Below, one piece after another: positions 7,674-16,622 of a stretch of DNA of 64,000 bases. The notes beneath the pieces were generated by a model. It made no database searches. It had not been told where the DNA came from and was given only the letters and a program-made list of their open reading frames with translations. The translations under genes were made by a program, and so were the position numbers. The stretch is taken from assembly GCA_964291395.2 (NCBI GenBank), contig OZ219856.1, positions 288,001 to 352,000 of the forward strand, in the 5' to 3' direction. Position 1 is the stretch's first letter. Every line of letters starts with the position of its first letter. This stretch comes from Alphaproteobacteria bacterium (GTDB lineage: Bacteria; Pseudomonadota; Alphaproteobacteria; UBA2966).

Positions 7674-9797
7674 CTATAGCGTCTGTGGGGAAGCCGAGTC
7701 CCGTGGGGCCGGTTGCGACTCCCACCTTGGCCTCCCCTCTGTGTGAACTTCCGTGTCGGGGAAAAAGCAGGCGGTCCGATGATCGGTGGCATCGAGCGGC
7801 TCGAGCGCCGGAACGCGCGTGGCACACACGTCGCGCGCCTTGAAGCAGCGGGTGCGGAAGACGCATCCCGAAGGCGGCGCGATCGGGTTCGGCAGGTCAC
7901 CTTCCAGGATGATTCGCGCGCGGTCGTGGCGTCCCCGCGGTTCGGGGCGCGGCACCGCGGAAAGCAGCGACTGTGTGTAGGGATGGCGCGGGCTGTCGAG
8001 GACCTTGCGACGGTCTCCGAATTCGACGATATGGCCGAGATACATGACCGCGACCTGATCGGACATCTGACGGATCACCGAGATATTGTGGGAGATGAAC
8101 AGGTAGGCCAGTCCGAGGCGCTGCTGCAAACTCTTGAGAAGGTTGAGGACCTGCGCCTGGATCGACATGTCGAGAGCGGAGACCGCCTCGTCAAGGATGA
8201 GGACTTCCGGCTCGAGGGCGAGCGCGCGCGCGACGGCGATGCGCTGACGCTGGCCGCCCGAGAAGTCTGTCGGACGGCGCATTGCCAGCGCCGGGCTGAG
8301 ACCGACGCTCTCGATCACCTCGTCCACGCGCTCCCGCCGGTAACAGCCGTTGATGCGGAGCGGCTCGGCGATCACTTCGTGTACCGTCAGGCGCGGGTCG
8401 AGCGAAGCATAGGGATCCTGGAACACGACCTGCATTGCACGGCGCTGTTCGGCCGTACGGCGGGCACCCTCGAGGGCATGTCCCTTGAGCATGATGATGC
8501 CGGCGGATCCGTCGATGAGTCCGAGCAGGGTGCGGCCCAGGGTCGACTTGCCACAGCCCGACTCGCCGACCAAGCCCAGCGTGGTGCCCCGCGCAAGCGT
8601 GAAACTGACGCCATTGACGGCCTTGAGCACATCCTTGCCCCAACCTCTCGCCTTGGGCACATGGAAGTACGTGTGAAGGCCATCGACCATGAGGAGATCA
8701 TCCTCGTATGTTGGGACGGCGGCCGTCATGTCTTCTCCTCCCCCGCGTACAGCCTGACTGCCCGGTTCGCTCGCGGCCTCTGTCGACCACCCCTGAACCT
8801 CGTCAATGAAATGGCACGCGGATTCGTGCGCCGCACCGATAGTTCGCCGCTCGGGTTCCTCTTCCCAGCACAACGCGCGGTCGCGGCGCAGGCTGCAACG
8901 GGGGTGAAATACACAGCCGCTGGGATAAGCACCCACCGCCGGCGGTTGACCGGCGATCGAATAGAGGTCGGACGACTCTGTATCTGGTCGCGGAAGGCTT
9001 CTGAGCAGCCCAACCGTGTAGGGGTGCGACGGCTGGGTGAACAGGGCTTCCGCCGAGGCGAATTCGAGCATCCGGCCGCCATACATGACACCGACGTGGT
9101 CAGCGGTTTCGGCGATAAGTCCGAGATCGTGGGTGACCAGCATCATCGCGGCGCCGGTACGCGCCCGCACCGCGGCGAGTACTTCCATGACCTGGGCCTG
9201 GATGGTGACATCGAGCGCCGTCGTGGGCTCGTCGGCGATGAGCAGGGTGGGTTCGTTGGCAACCGCCATCGCGATCATGGCGCGCTGGCGCATCCCGCCC
9301 GAAAACTCGTGCGGGAACTGCCTGAATCGACGTTCCGGGTCCGGAATTCCGACCAGCGCGAGCAGATCGACAACCCGCTCTCGGAGTTCCGTCTTGGCGA
9401 TTCCTGGGCGGTGGATCTGGATGATCTCGCCGATCTGCTTGCCGACACTGATCACGGGGTTGAGCGACGTCATCGGGTCCTGGAAGATCATTGCCAGGCG
9501 CCGCCCCCGCAACTCCCGCAGCTCCGCCGCTGACAGCTTCAGCAGGTCCTGGCCCTCGAGAAGGATCTCCCCGCCGGTGACCCGGATGCGGCTGCTCGGC
9601 ATCAGGCCGAGCACGGCGAGCATGGTCAACGTCTTGCCCGAACCGGATTCACCGACGATTCCGAGAACGCTCCCGGCAGGGAGGTCGAACGAGACGTTGT
9701 CGACGATGCGCTCAATGCCATACTCGGTCAGGTGGTCGATGATCAGGTTGCGCACCGAGAGCACCGGGCGGATGGTTGCGGTCGGTGAGAGTGACAT
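7674..9797 (-). CDS. Opp/Dpp ABC ATP-binding protein, OppD+OppF in one frame (possibly two genes joined by a 1-bp insertion)
   Basis: Two Walker A motifs (GESGSGKT, GESGCGKS), two FSGG signatures and two HPYT/Cys-rich C-terminal domains; internal SD plus ATG at 8729. Confidence 0.88.
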   Translation of the reverse strand: MSLSPTATIRPVLSVRNLIIDHLTEYGIERIVDNVSFDLPAGSVLGIVGESGSGKTLTMLAVLGLMPSSRIRVTGGEILLEGQDLLKLSAAELRELRGRRLAMIFQDPMTSLNPVISVGKQIGEIIQIHRPGIAKTELRERVVDLLALVGIPDPERRFRQFPHEFSGGMRQRAMIAMAVANEPTLLIADEPTTALDVTIQAQVMEVLAAVRARTGAAMMLVTHDLGLIAETADHVGVMYGGRMLEFASAEALFTQPSHPYTVGLLRSLPRPDTESSDLYSIAGQPPAVGAYPSGCVFHPRCSLRRDRALCWEEEPERRTIGAAHESACHFIDEVQGWSTEAASEPGSQAVRGGGEDMTAAVPTYEDDLLMVDGLHTYFHVPKARGWGKDVLKAVNGVSFTLARGTTLGLVGESGCGKSTLGRTLLGLIDGSAGIIMLKGHALEGARRTAEQRRAMQVVFQDPYASLDPRLTVHEVIAEPLRINGCYRRERVDEVIESVGLSPALAMRRPTDFSGGQRQRIAVARALALEPEVLILDEAVSALDMSIQAQVLNLLKSLQQRLGLAYLFISHNISVIRQMSDQVAVMYLGHIVEFGDRRKVLDSPRHPYTQSLLSAVPRPEPRGRHDRARIILEGDLPNPIAPPSGCVFRTRCFKARDVCATRVPALEPLDATDHRTACFFPDTEVHTEGRPRWESQPAPRDSASPQTL

Positions 9798-9798
9798 G

Positions 9799-10698
9799 TC
9801 AGGTGGCGCGGTCGAGCACGACGTCGCTCGACCCTTCCGTCGTGAAACTCTGACTGACGAACTGCGTTCCGGCCACCATCAGGAAAATCGCCAGACCCGG
9901 CAGGATCGAGATCCAAGGGTTCAGCTCGAGATAGACCTGACCCTCACTGATCATCAGGCCGAGGCTCGGCAGCGGCGGCTGGATGCCGAGGCCGAGATAG
10001 CTGATCGAGGACTCGATGATGATGATCAGGCCGAGTTCGTAGGATCCGACGATCACCATCTGCGGCAGCACGTTGGGCAGTAGGTGCTTGCGAATGTTCC
10101 AGGTTGCCGATGCTCCTTGCGTCGTAGCCGACAGTACGAACTCGCGTTCGCGCAGCGAGAGCGCCATCGCGCGCGCAACCCGGCCGTACGACACCCAGCT
10201 CGTGAACCCGAGCAGCAGCGTGAGATTGAGCAGGTTCGATCCGATCACCGCCGTCACTGCGATGAGCAGCAGAATGCGGGGAATCGAGAGCTGCAGGTCG
10301 GCGATGCCCATGATGATGGACTCGGTCGTGCCGCGGAAGAAGCCGGCGATGAGCCCCAGGGCCACGCCGGTCGCCAGACTGACCAGCACGGCGCAGAATC
10401 CGATCAACAGCGAGACTTGGGTGCCAAGCGCAATTCGACTCAGATAGTCCCGGCCCAGCGGGTCGGTGCCGAAGATGTGGAACCGGTCGTCTGCCCATTC
10501 GAGCGGGCGCAGGTAGCCAAATTCCAGGTCCTGACCGTAGGGGTCATAGAACGGCAGCAACGGCACGACGGCGACCAGGAACAGGACGACGAGCAACATC
10601 ACCATGGCGGCAGCCAGAGAGCCGCGGATTTTCTGCCGCCAGGCAAACCGGGGTCGTGGCCGGGCGGCTTCTGCTTCCAATTGCGGCGGCACGGTCAT
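9799..10698 (-). CDS. Opp/Dpp ABC permease (OppC-like)
   Basis: FGTDPLGRD, EFVLSATTQGA (EAA loop), SYLGLGIQPP; ATGA overlap with the upstream permease. Confidence 0.9.
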   Translation of the reverse strand: MTVPPQLEAEAARPRPRFAWRQKIRGSLAAAMVMLLVVLFLVAVVPLLPFYDPYGQDLEFGYLRPLEWADDRFHIFGTDPLGRDYLSRIALGTQVSLLIGFCAVLVSLATGVALGLIAGFFRGTTESIIMGIADLQLSIPRILLLIAVTAVIGSNLLNLTLLLGFTSWVSYGRVARAMALSLREREFVLSATTQGASATWNIRKHLLPNVLPQMVIVGSYELGLIIIIESSISYLGLGIQPPLPSLGLMISEGQVYLELNPWISILPGLAIFLMVAGTQFVSQSFTTEGSSDVVLDRAT

Positions 10699-11611
10699 TT
10701 GAGTCGGATCCGCGGGTCGAGGATGCCGTACAGCATGTCGACGATGAAATTGATAGCGATGAACAGGAACGATGCCACGACCACCCCGGCGATGATCACC
10801 GGATAATCGCGCTGCGTGACGGCCTGCACGATCAGGCGTCCCATGCCGGGCCAGCTGAACACCGTCTCGGTGACCACCGTGCCGCCGAGCAGAATGCCGA
10901 GGTTGATCCCGGCGATGGTCACGAGCGGCAGCAGAGCGTTGGGCAGCATGTGGCGCAACACGATCTGCATCCGCGTCTGGCCCTTGGCGTATGCGGTCCG
11001 TACGTAGTCCTGGCGCTCCTGCTCGCCGAACGCCGCGTCGAGCAGGCGCAGGTACAGGGCGATCTCGAAGGTGGAGAGGGTGAGGGCTGGAAGGATGAGA
11101 TGCTCGATGCTGCCGCGGCCGACCGAGGGCAGCCAGCGCAGTGTCACCGAAAACACGATGATCATCAGCAGGCCAAACCAGAACACCGGGATCGCCTGGC
11201 GGATGAACGCGGCCCACAGGAGGATCGCGCGCAACCGTTGACTTCCGCTGAGGCGCATGGCGAGTGCGCCGGCGAAAGCGAGCGTGATGCCAAGCACGAA
11301 CGACGTCAGCGCCAGTTCGAGTGTCGCCGGCAACCGCTCGAGGACGAGTGACAGTGCCGGCACCTGGAGGCGGAGCGAGTAGCCGAAGTCCCCTGTACCG
11401 CATTGGTCAAAAAGATGGTGTATTGCACCCACAGCGGTCGATCGAGGCCGAGTGCGGCGCGGAGTTCTTCGATATCCTCCGCCGTGGCGATTTCGGGAAG
11501 CATAAGGGCGAGAGGGTCGCCGCTCAGGCGCACCAGGAAGAAGGCGACAGTGAGGACCCCGAAGACGGTGAGAACCGCCTGTAACAGACGCCGTGTCACA
11601 TATTGGAGCAT
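10695..11611 (-). pseudogene. Opp/Dpp ABC permease (OppB-like), one G missing at 11390-11393
   Basis: MLQYVTRRLL...GLDRPLWVQY in one frame; GDFGYS...QDYVRTAYAKG...LDPRIR in the other. The break lies in a G homopolymer. Confidence 0.82.
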
Positions 11612-11734
11612 CTGCCTGCAGCCCCCGTCTCGTTATCACTTGCGGCGCCGATGCCCATGGACCTGACAACCGGTGGTTCGCGCCGGCATTTCCCATTATG
11701 CCGTGTGACGATAACAGGCTTGGTCAGGCGGTCC

Positions 11735-12472
11735 TAGTGTCTCGTCAATGATCAAGTGTCGGGTAGAGGCGTTCGAGCTCCAGCCGAGCATCGTCGGTGA
11801 TGAACTGCCGAGGCGTCTCGTCCATGCAGACCATGGGGAAGGCCGCGTCGTACGGGCGTCCATAGACATCGAGAACCTTCTCCATGGCAGCGGCGAAGTC
11901 GGCGTTGCCTTGCGGGGGGATCATCCACCCGACACGCCGCCACGGGTTGAGTTCGTTTTTTTTAGCACCCGTCGCACCGTCTCGTGCGACACGGCGTCGA
12001 TGTAGCCGAGTTTCCACGACGCGATCGGCCAGCAGCCGCAACGACCATTGCGCGCGACCCTCGGGCGGCGCGCCGCAACTCAAGGCCACCAGGCGCGCCT
12101 CGAACTCGCCGTCGGCCTTGCGCACGTAGCTCAGCCGGCGTCCCTGCCGGCCATCCAGCGCCGCCTCGAGCCCGTCTTCCACGAAGCGCTTCTTGACCCG
12201 ATCCACCTTGCGCAAGCTGATGCGCAGAATCTCCGCGATGGCTTCCCCAGTCGCTCGGCGCTCGTTGAACGGGCCCTCGTCGCAGTTGAGCAGGATCAAC
12301 GCGTTGATCACCTTCTGCGACCGGTGCGAGCCCTTGGCCGTGATGTCCGACAACTCGTCCCGCTCCGCCTTCTCCAATGTCACCGCGTAGCGCTTCATGC
12401 TCCGATCCTCGTCCTGAAAGGACCAGAACTCTAGCACGAGAAATACGACATATCATCATTGACATGACACTA
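11735..12472 (-). mobile_element. IS630-family element with internal deletion of the DDE core
   Basis: TA-flanked inverted ends ctagtgtctcgtcaatgat / atcattgacatgacactag; HTH ORF MKRYAVTL... from 12398; A8 slippery run at 11956-11963; CMDETPRQ joined directly to FITDDAR...LYP. Confidence 0.9.
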
Positions 12473-12575
12473 GACTGAGCGGGACGGAAGCTGCGGGCGC
12501 TGCCCGGCCAACAGATGCGACGCCCGTCGCCGGCTCCTGCGCTCGACGTACCCGGCGTCTCCGTCCGCAACGCTG

Positions 12576-13448
12576 TCAGCCGCCCCGGTCGAGGAATTCC
12601 GTCATCGTCGAAACGGTCTCCTGCGCTGCGTCCTCGCTGAGAGAACCCTCCGTCAGCAGACGTTCAGCCTGGGGCAGCAGCGCTGCCACAGCGTCGAAGT
12701 AGACAACCAGCATATCGTTGCGGGCGCATGCAAGAAGGGTGGGTGCCGTGACCAGGGGTAGACGCGTGTCCTTGGGATAGGCCAGCGCCGCCTGGTACGA
12801 CAAGTGGTAGGTCCGTGCCGCCTTGAGCACCTCGACCACCTTGTCGTGCAGGACGTCGGCCGGCGGCAGGCCGACGTCGCGGACATGCGCGGCGTCGCGC
12901 CTGTACCACGGCCAGAACAGAAACGTGTCGCGCACGAAGTTCCAGATCCACTGCATGTGAGCACCGTTCTGGTCGATGGTCACTCCAGGTGCGTAGTTTG
13001 CCAGCATGTCGTCACGTTCCTCTTCGGCGTAGACCGACATGCCATCGACGATCATCCGGTGCACCCGCTCCGGCTCTCGGATCGCTATCTCGCAGGCGAT
13101 ATTGGCCCCCGTGTGGCTGCCGTAGAGATCGAAACGCTCGATGCCGAGGGTATCGAGCGCGCGTAGATGCGCGTCAACGAACAGAGTGATGTCTCGGTTG
13201 GGGTCGCGCGGGGGCGGCGAGGAATCGCCGTTTCCGAGGGTGTCCGGTGCGTAGACGTAACGGGTTTCGGCGAAGCGGCGGATCAGGGGCGCCAACATCA
13301 GCGAGGAGCCAGGCGAAGGATGCAGCATCACCAGCGGCAGCTGGCCGGGCGCGTTGGTGCCGGCTTCGCGGTAGTGAACCTGACCCTCTGCGATGTCGAC
13401 GAAACGGCGCCAGACCTGGCCGGTCTGACAAGGTTGAGTATCGATCAT
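12576..13448 (-). CDS. Alpha/beta-hydrolase-fold protein with atypical nucleophile elbow
   Basis: GQVHYREAG, LVMLHPSP, APDTLGNGDS, YGSHTGA. Confidence 0.82.
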   Translation of the reverse strand: MIDTQPCQTGQVWRRFVDIAEGQVHYREAGTNAPGQLPLVMLHPSPGSSLMLAPLIRRFAETRYVYAPDTLGNGDSSPPPRDPNRDITLFVDAHLRALDTLGIERFDLYGSHTGANIACEIAIREPERVHRMIVDGMSVYAEEERDDMLANYAPGVTIDQNGAHMQWIWNFVRDTFLFWPWYRRDAAHVRDVGLPPADVLHDKVVEVLKAARTYHLSYQAALAYPKDTRLPLVTAPTLLACARNDMLVVYFDAVAALLPQAERLLTEGSLSEDAAQETVSTMTEFLDRGG

Positions 13449-13492
13449 GCCGCGTCCTTCTCGGTCGAGTTCATGTGTCGGGCAGCAAGGCC

Positions 13493-14284
13493 TCACATCA
13501 GGCGACGGATGTCGTCGCGCAAGTCCGGACCGGGTTGGGGATAACTCCAGCGGCGACCAACAGAGAGGCCGGTGCGTCGGCGCAGTTCGACCAGCATTTC
13601 GGTGTACCGCAGTACCGTCGCCACCGAATCCATCACCGAAGTACCCTCGATCCCGGCAATCTCGTGCTTGTGCAGCACGAGGCTGAGAATGCCTTCAGCC
13701 GGGATCAGCAAGTCAGCCCCACGGTCCATGGCCGCGCCGGCAACACTGCGGAAAGCGTTGACGATCTGGTCCGGCTCTTCGAAGCCCCGATTGACATCGT
13801 GCTCGGAAATGTCCTCACCAAGACCAATCACCTGAGTGACCCGGCTTTCCAACTTGTGGCGCCGCACCGTATCGCGCAGCCGGCGCGCGTATTCCGGAGT
13901 CAGCGTGACGAGCGCGATCTCTTCGGCAATCGAACATCCGACCAGCATCGCGCTTTCCGCCAATGACACCACCGGTATGTCGACCAGCGACCGTGATTCG
14001 CGCAGAAATGGCTCACTGAAGCTGCCCAAGACGACGGCATCGAACCCCTCCCGCTCGGCTCGAAAACAGAAGTCAACCGCCTCTTTCTGTACCGCAAACT
14101 TGGTGTAAGGATAGCGGAACACGTCTGCGGGGAGCCGGTCGCGGTAGTATTTCTCCGATGCGCCGTTGAAAAAGATCTCGGTATCCGCCGAGACGATCGT
14201 ACGCGCATGATTCGCAACAAACTCGGTATAGCTATCCAGCCGGTTCAGTGGTGACATCGTCTGGTACCAGATCCGCATCGCCAT
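13493..14284 (-). CDS. Asp/Glu/hydantoin racemase family protein
   Basis: MRIWYQ N-terminus, AEREGFDAVVLGSFSEP, ESRSLVDIPVVSLAES, GADLLIP. Confidence 0.78.
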   Translation of the reverse strand: MAMRIWYQTMSPLNRLDSYTEFVANHARTIVSADTEIFFNGASEKYYRDRLPADVFRYPYTKFAVQKEAVDFCFRAEREGFDAVVLGSFSEPFLRESRSLVDIPVVSLAESAMLVGCSIAEEIALVTLTPEYARRLRDTVRRHKLESRVTQVIGLGEDISEHDVNRGFEEPDQIVNAFRSVAGAAMDRGADLLIPAEGILSLVLHKHEIAGIEGTSVMDSVATVLRYTEMLVELRRRTGLSVGRRWSYPQPGPDLRDDIRRLM

Positions 14285-14451
14285 GTTCCGCCCCTCCCAG
14301 GTCGGCGTGTGCTCCCTTTCGTGTTGAGACTTTCGGACATCTCGGAAGTGGGTGCAACGGGAGCGGATGCAAGCACGCAGGGCATCCGTGGACATCGGTG
14401 ACGCAACCCCGGCACTATGGCTTGGCAATAAGCGGTTGACGGGAACGGCCG

Positions 14452-15594
14452 ATGGATTTCGATCTGACAGAGGAGCAGCGCCTGATGATCGACTCGGTCG
14501 ATCATTTCTTTCAGCAGCATTTCCCGCCCGAGGAAGTGCGGCGCCGAGATCGCGCTCACCAGCCGCCCGACGATCTCTTGCCGGCGATGGCCGATGTGGG
14601 TTTCCTGGGCCTGCCAATCCCCAAACGCTACGGCGGCCTGGAGCAGGACTGGGGCACTGTCGCTCTCGTGCACGAACGCATTGCCTACCACGCAGGAATG
14701 GTGTCTTCGCTGTTCAACCGCGCAGTGTGCTTTGGCGCCATGTCATTGCTGACTTACGGTTCGGAACGCCACAGGGAGGAGCTGCTCCCGAAATTCGTGC
14801 GTGGCGAACTGCTGTTTTCGCTCGGACTGTCCGAACCCACCGCCGGCAGCGATGCTGCCGCCCTGTCAACCCGGGCGCGCAAGGTGGACGGCGGTTGGCT
14901 CATCAACGGGCGCAAGACGTGGATCAGCGGCGCCGATACGTCGCACTACATCCTGACGGCTTGCCGCACGGGAACCGGCGAGCGCCGCCACGACGGCATA
15001 ACTATGCTGTTGGTCCCGGGCGACGCCAAGGGATTGGCAATGACTCCCCTAGAGAAAGTCGGGAACAACGGCCTGTCATCATGGGACATCGGCTACGACG
15101 ATGTCTTCGTCCCCGATGACGCCGTCCTCGGCGAGGAAAGGAGAGGGTTCCGACACCTCATGACGACGCTTCAGTTCAGCCGCTCGGGCCAGGCCGCCAA
15201 CGCCGTCGGCCAGGGGCAGGCGGCAGTCGACATGGCACTGGCCCATGCCAAGGAGCGGGTCCAGTTCGGACAGCCCATCGGCCAGTTCCAGGCAGTACAG
15301 CATCATCTCGCCAACATGCAGACCCGCGTCGATCAGGCGCGGCTGATGCTCTATCACCTGGCCTGGCTGATCGGGCAGGGCCGGCCGTGCCGAAAGGAGG
15401 CAGCGCAGGCCAAGCTGGTGGCGAGTGAAATGCTCGAATACGTCGCCGGCCTCGGCATGCAGATCCTGGCCAGTGCCGGCTACTCCCTTGACAGCGACAT
15501 GCAGCGCATCTGGCGTGATGCACGCTTGTTTACGTTCGGCGAGGGAACAAGCGAGCTCCAGCGCAATATCATCGCGTGGGAAATGGGACTTTAG
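14452..15594 (+). CDS. Acyl-CoA dehydrogenase family protein
   Basis: LSEPTAGSD, INGRKTWIS, RVQFGQPIGQFQAVQH, GEGTSELQR. Confidence 0.93.
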   Translation: MDFDLTEEQRLMIDSVDHFFQQHFPPEEVRRRDRAHQPPDDLLPAMADVGFLGLPIPKRYGGLEQDWGTVALVHERIAYHAGMVSSLFNRAVCFGAMSLLTYGSERHREELLPKFVRGELLFSLGLSEPTAGSDAAALSTRARKVDGGWLINGRKTWISGADTSHYILTACRTGTGERRHDGITMLLVPGDAKGLAMTPLEKVGNNGLSSWDIGYDDVFVPDDAVLGEERRGFRHLMTTLQFSRSGQAANAVGQGQAAVDMALAHAKERVQFGQPIGQFQAVQHHLANMQTRVDQARLMLYHLAWLIGQGRPCRKEAAQAKLVASEMLEYVAGLGMQILASAGYSLDSDMQRIWRDARLFTFGEGTSELQRNIIAWEMGL

Positions 15595-15622
15595 GAGTCC
15601 GGTCCACAGACGGGAGAGGGGC

Positions 15623-16510
15623 GTGACGACTCAAGAAGGCATGTCCGACATCTGGGCGATCGACGCGGTGGTGAACATTTGGACGACGGAGGCGATAAAG
15701 CTTCGCCCCCCCTCCCTGCGCGGGTTCTTCGTCGACAAGATCGGCGTCGAAGAGCAGACCTACGAAGGCATTTCGCTCGACGAGATGCTGCGCCGCATGG
15801 ACGCTGCGCGTATCGAGATCGGGATGCTGTTCGCCGCCAAGAGCGGCCGTCTCGGCCATCCCTCGACCTACCACATGCCGTACGAAATCGTCGCCGACGC
15901 GGTGCGGCAACATCCTGACCGGTTCCGCGCCATGGCCGGCATCGACCCCACCCAGGGGATGGACGGTGTGCGCGAGCTCGAGCGCGCCGTCACCGAGTTC
16001 GGCTTCATCGGGGCCCACTTCTACCCGCACTGGTTCGAGATCGCGCCCGATCACGCAAAGGTCTACCCGTTCTACGCCAAGTGCGTGGAGCTCGATATCC
16101 CGATCCAGATGCAGGTGGGACAGTCGCTGATCTATGCGCCGGACCTGCCGTTGCGCAGCGTCGGTCGGCCAATCGCCCTCGATGCGGTCGCCTGCGACTT
16201 CCCGGAGCTCAGGTTGGTCGGCATTCACATCGGCATCCCGTGGACCGACGAGATGATCGCCATGGCGTGGAAACACCCCAACGTCTACATCGGCAGCGAT
16301 GCGCACAGCCCAAAGTACTGGCCGCCGCAGTTCGTGCACTACCTGAACTCCTACGGCCAGGACAAGGTGTTGTTCGGCACCGACTTCCCGGTGCTCGACT
16401 TCGAACGCACCCGCCGCGAAATCGAGGCGCTTGGATTGAAGCCCGAGGCTTTGCGCAAGTTGCTGCGCGACAATGCGCTCAAGGTATACCGGCTCGACGG
16501 GAAGGCTTGA
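15623..16510 (+). CDS. Amidohydrolase_2 family protein (start GTG 15623 or ATG 15641)
   Basis: YPFYAKCVELDIP, DFPELRLVGIHIGIPW, KHPNVY, GQDKVLFGTDFP. Confidence 0.87.
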   Translation: MTTQEGMSDIWAIDAVVNIWTTEAIKLRPPSLRGFFVDKIGVEEQTYEGISLDEMLRRMDAARIEIGMLFAAKSGRLGHPSTYHMPYEIVADAVRQHPDRFRAMAGIDPTQGMDGVRELERAVTEFGFIGAHFYPHWFEIAPDHAKVYPFYAKCVELDIPIQMQVGQSLIYAPDLPLRSVGRPIALDAVACDFPELRLVGIHIGIPWTDEMIAMAWKHPNVYIGSDAHSPKYWPPQFVHYLNSYGQDKVLFGTDFPVLDFERTRREIEALGLKPEALRKLLRDNALKVYRLDGKA

Positions 16511-16532
16511 TCCGTTCCGCGGCGGCGCGGCC

Positions 16533-16595
16533 TAGAGCAAATCCAGTTGAGTTGGAAACGGGGATGTCTCCAACCCGTTCGGTAAGTTTGCTCTA
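16533..16595. repeat. Short TA-bounded palindromic element between convergent genes
   Basis: Ends tagagcaaa / tttgctcta with an inner imperfect stem gttggaaac...gtctccaac. Confidence 0.5.
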
Positions 16596-16622
16596 CTTTT
16601 GATCTGCTCAGTGCGATTCCAT

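Noticed and set aside
7713-9533. 606-aa plus-strand ORF and similar long antisense ORFs (39288-40910, 46577-48133, 50795-52621)
   Set aside because: They mirror well-supported genes on the opposite strand and have no family motifs.
9799-11403. Extended N-termini in the ORF track (also 13493-14617, 20809-22206, 28637-30277, 59482-61026)
   Set aside because: The extensions overlap neighbouring real genes; internal ATGs match the family N-termini.
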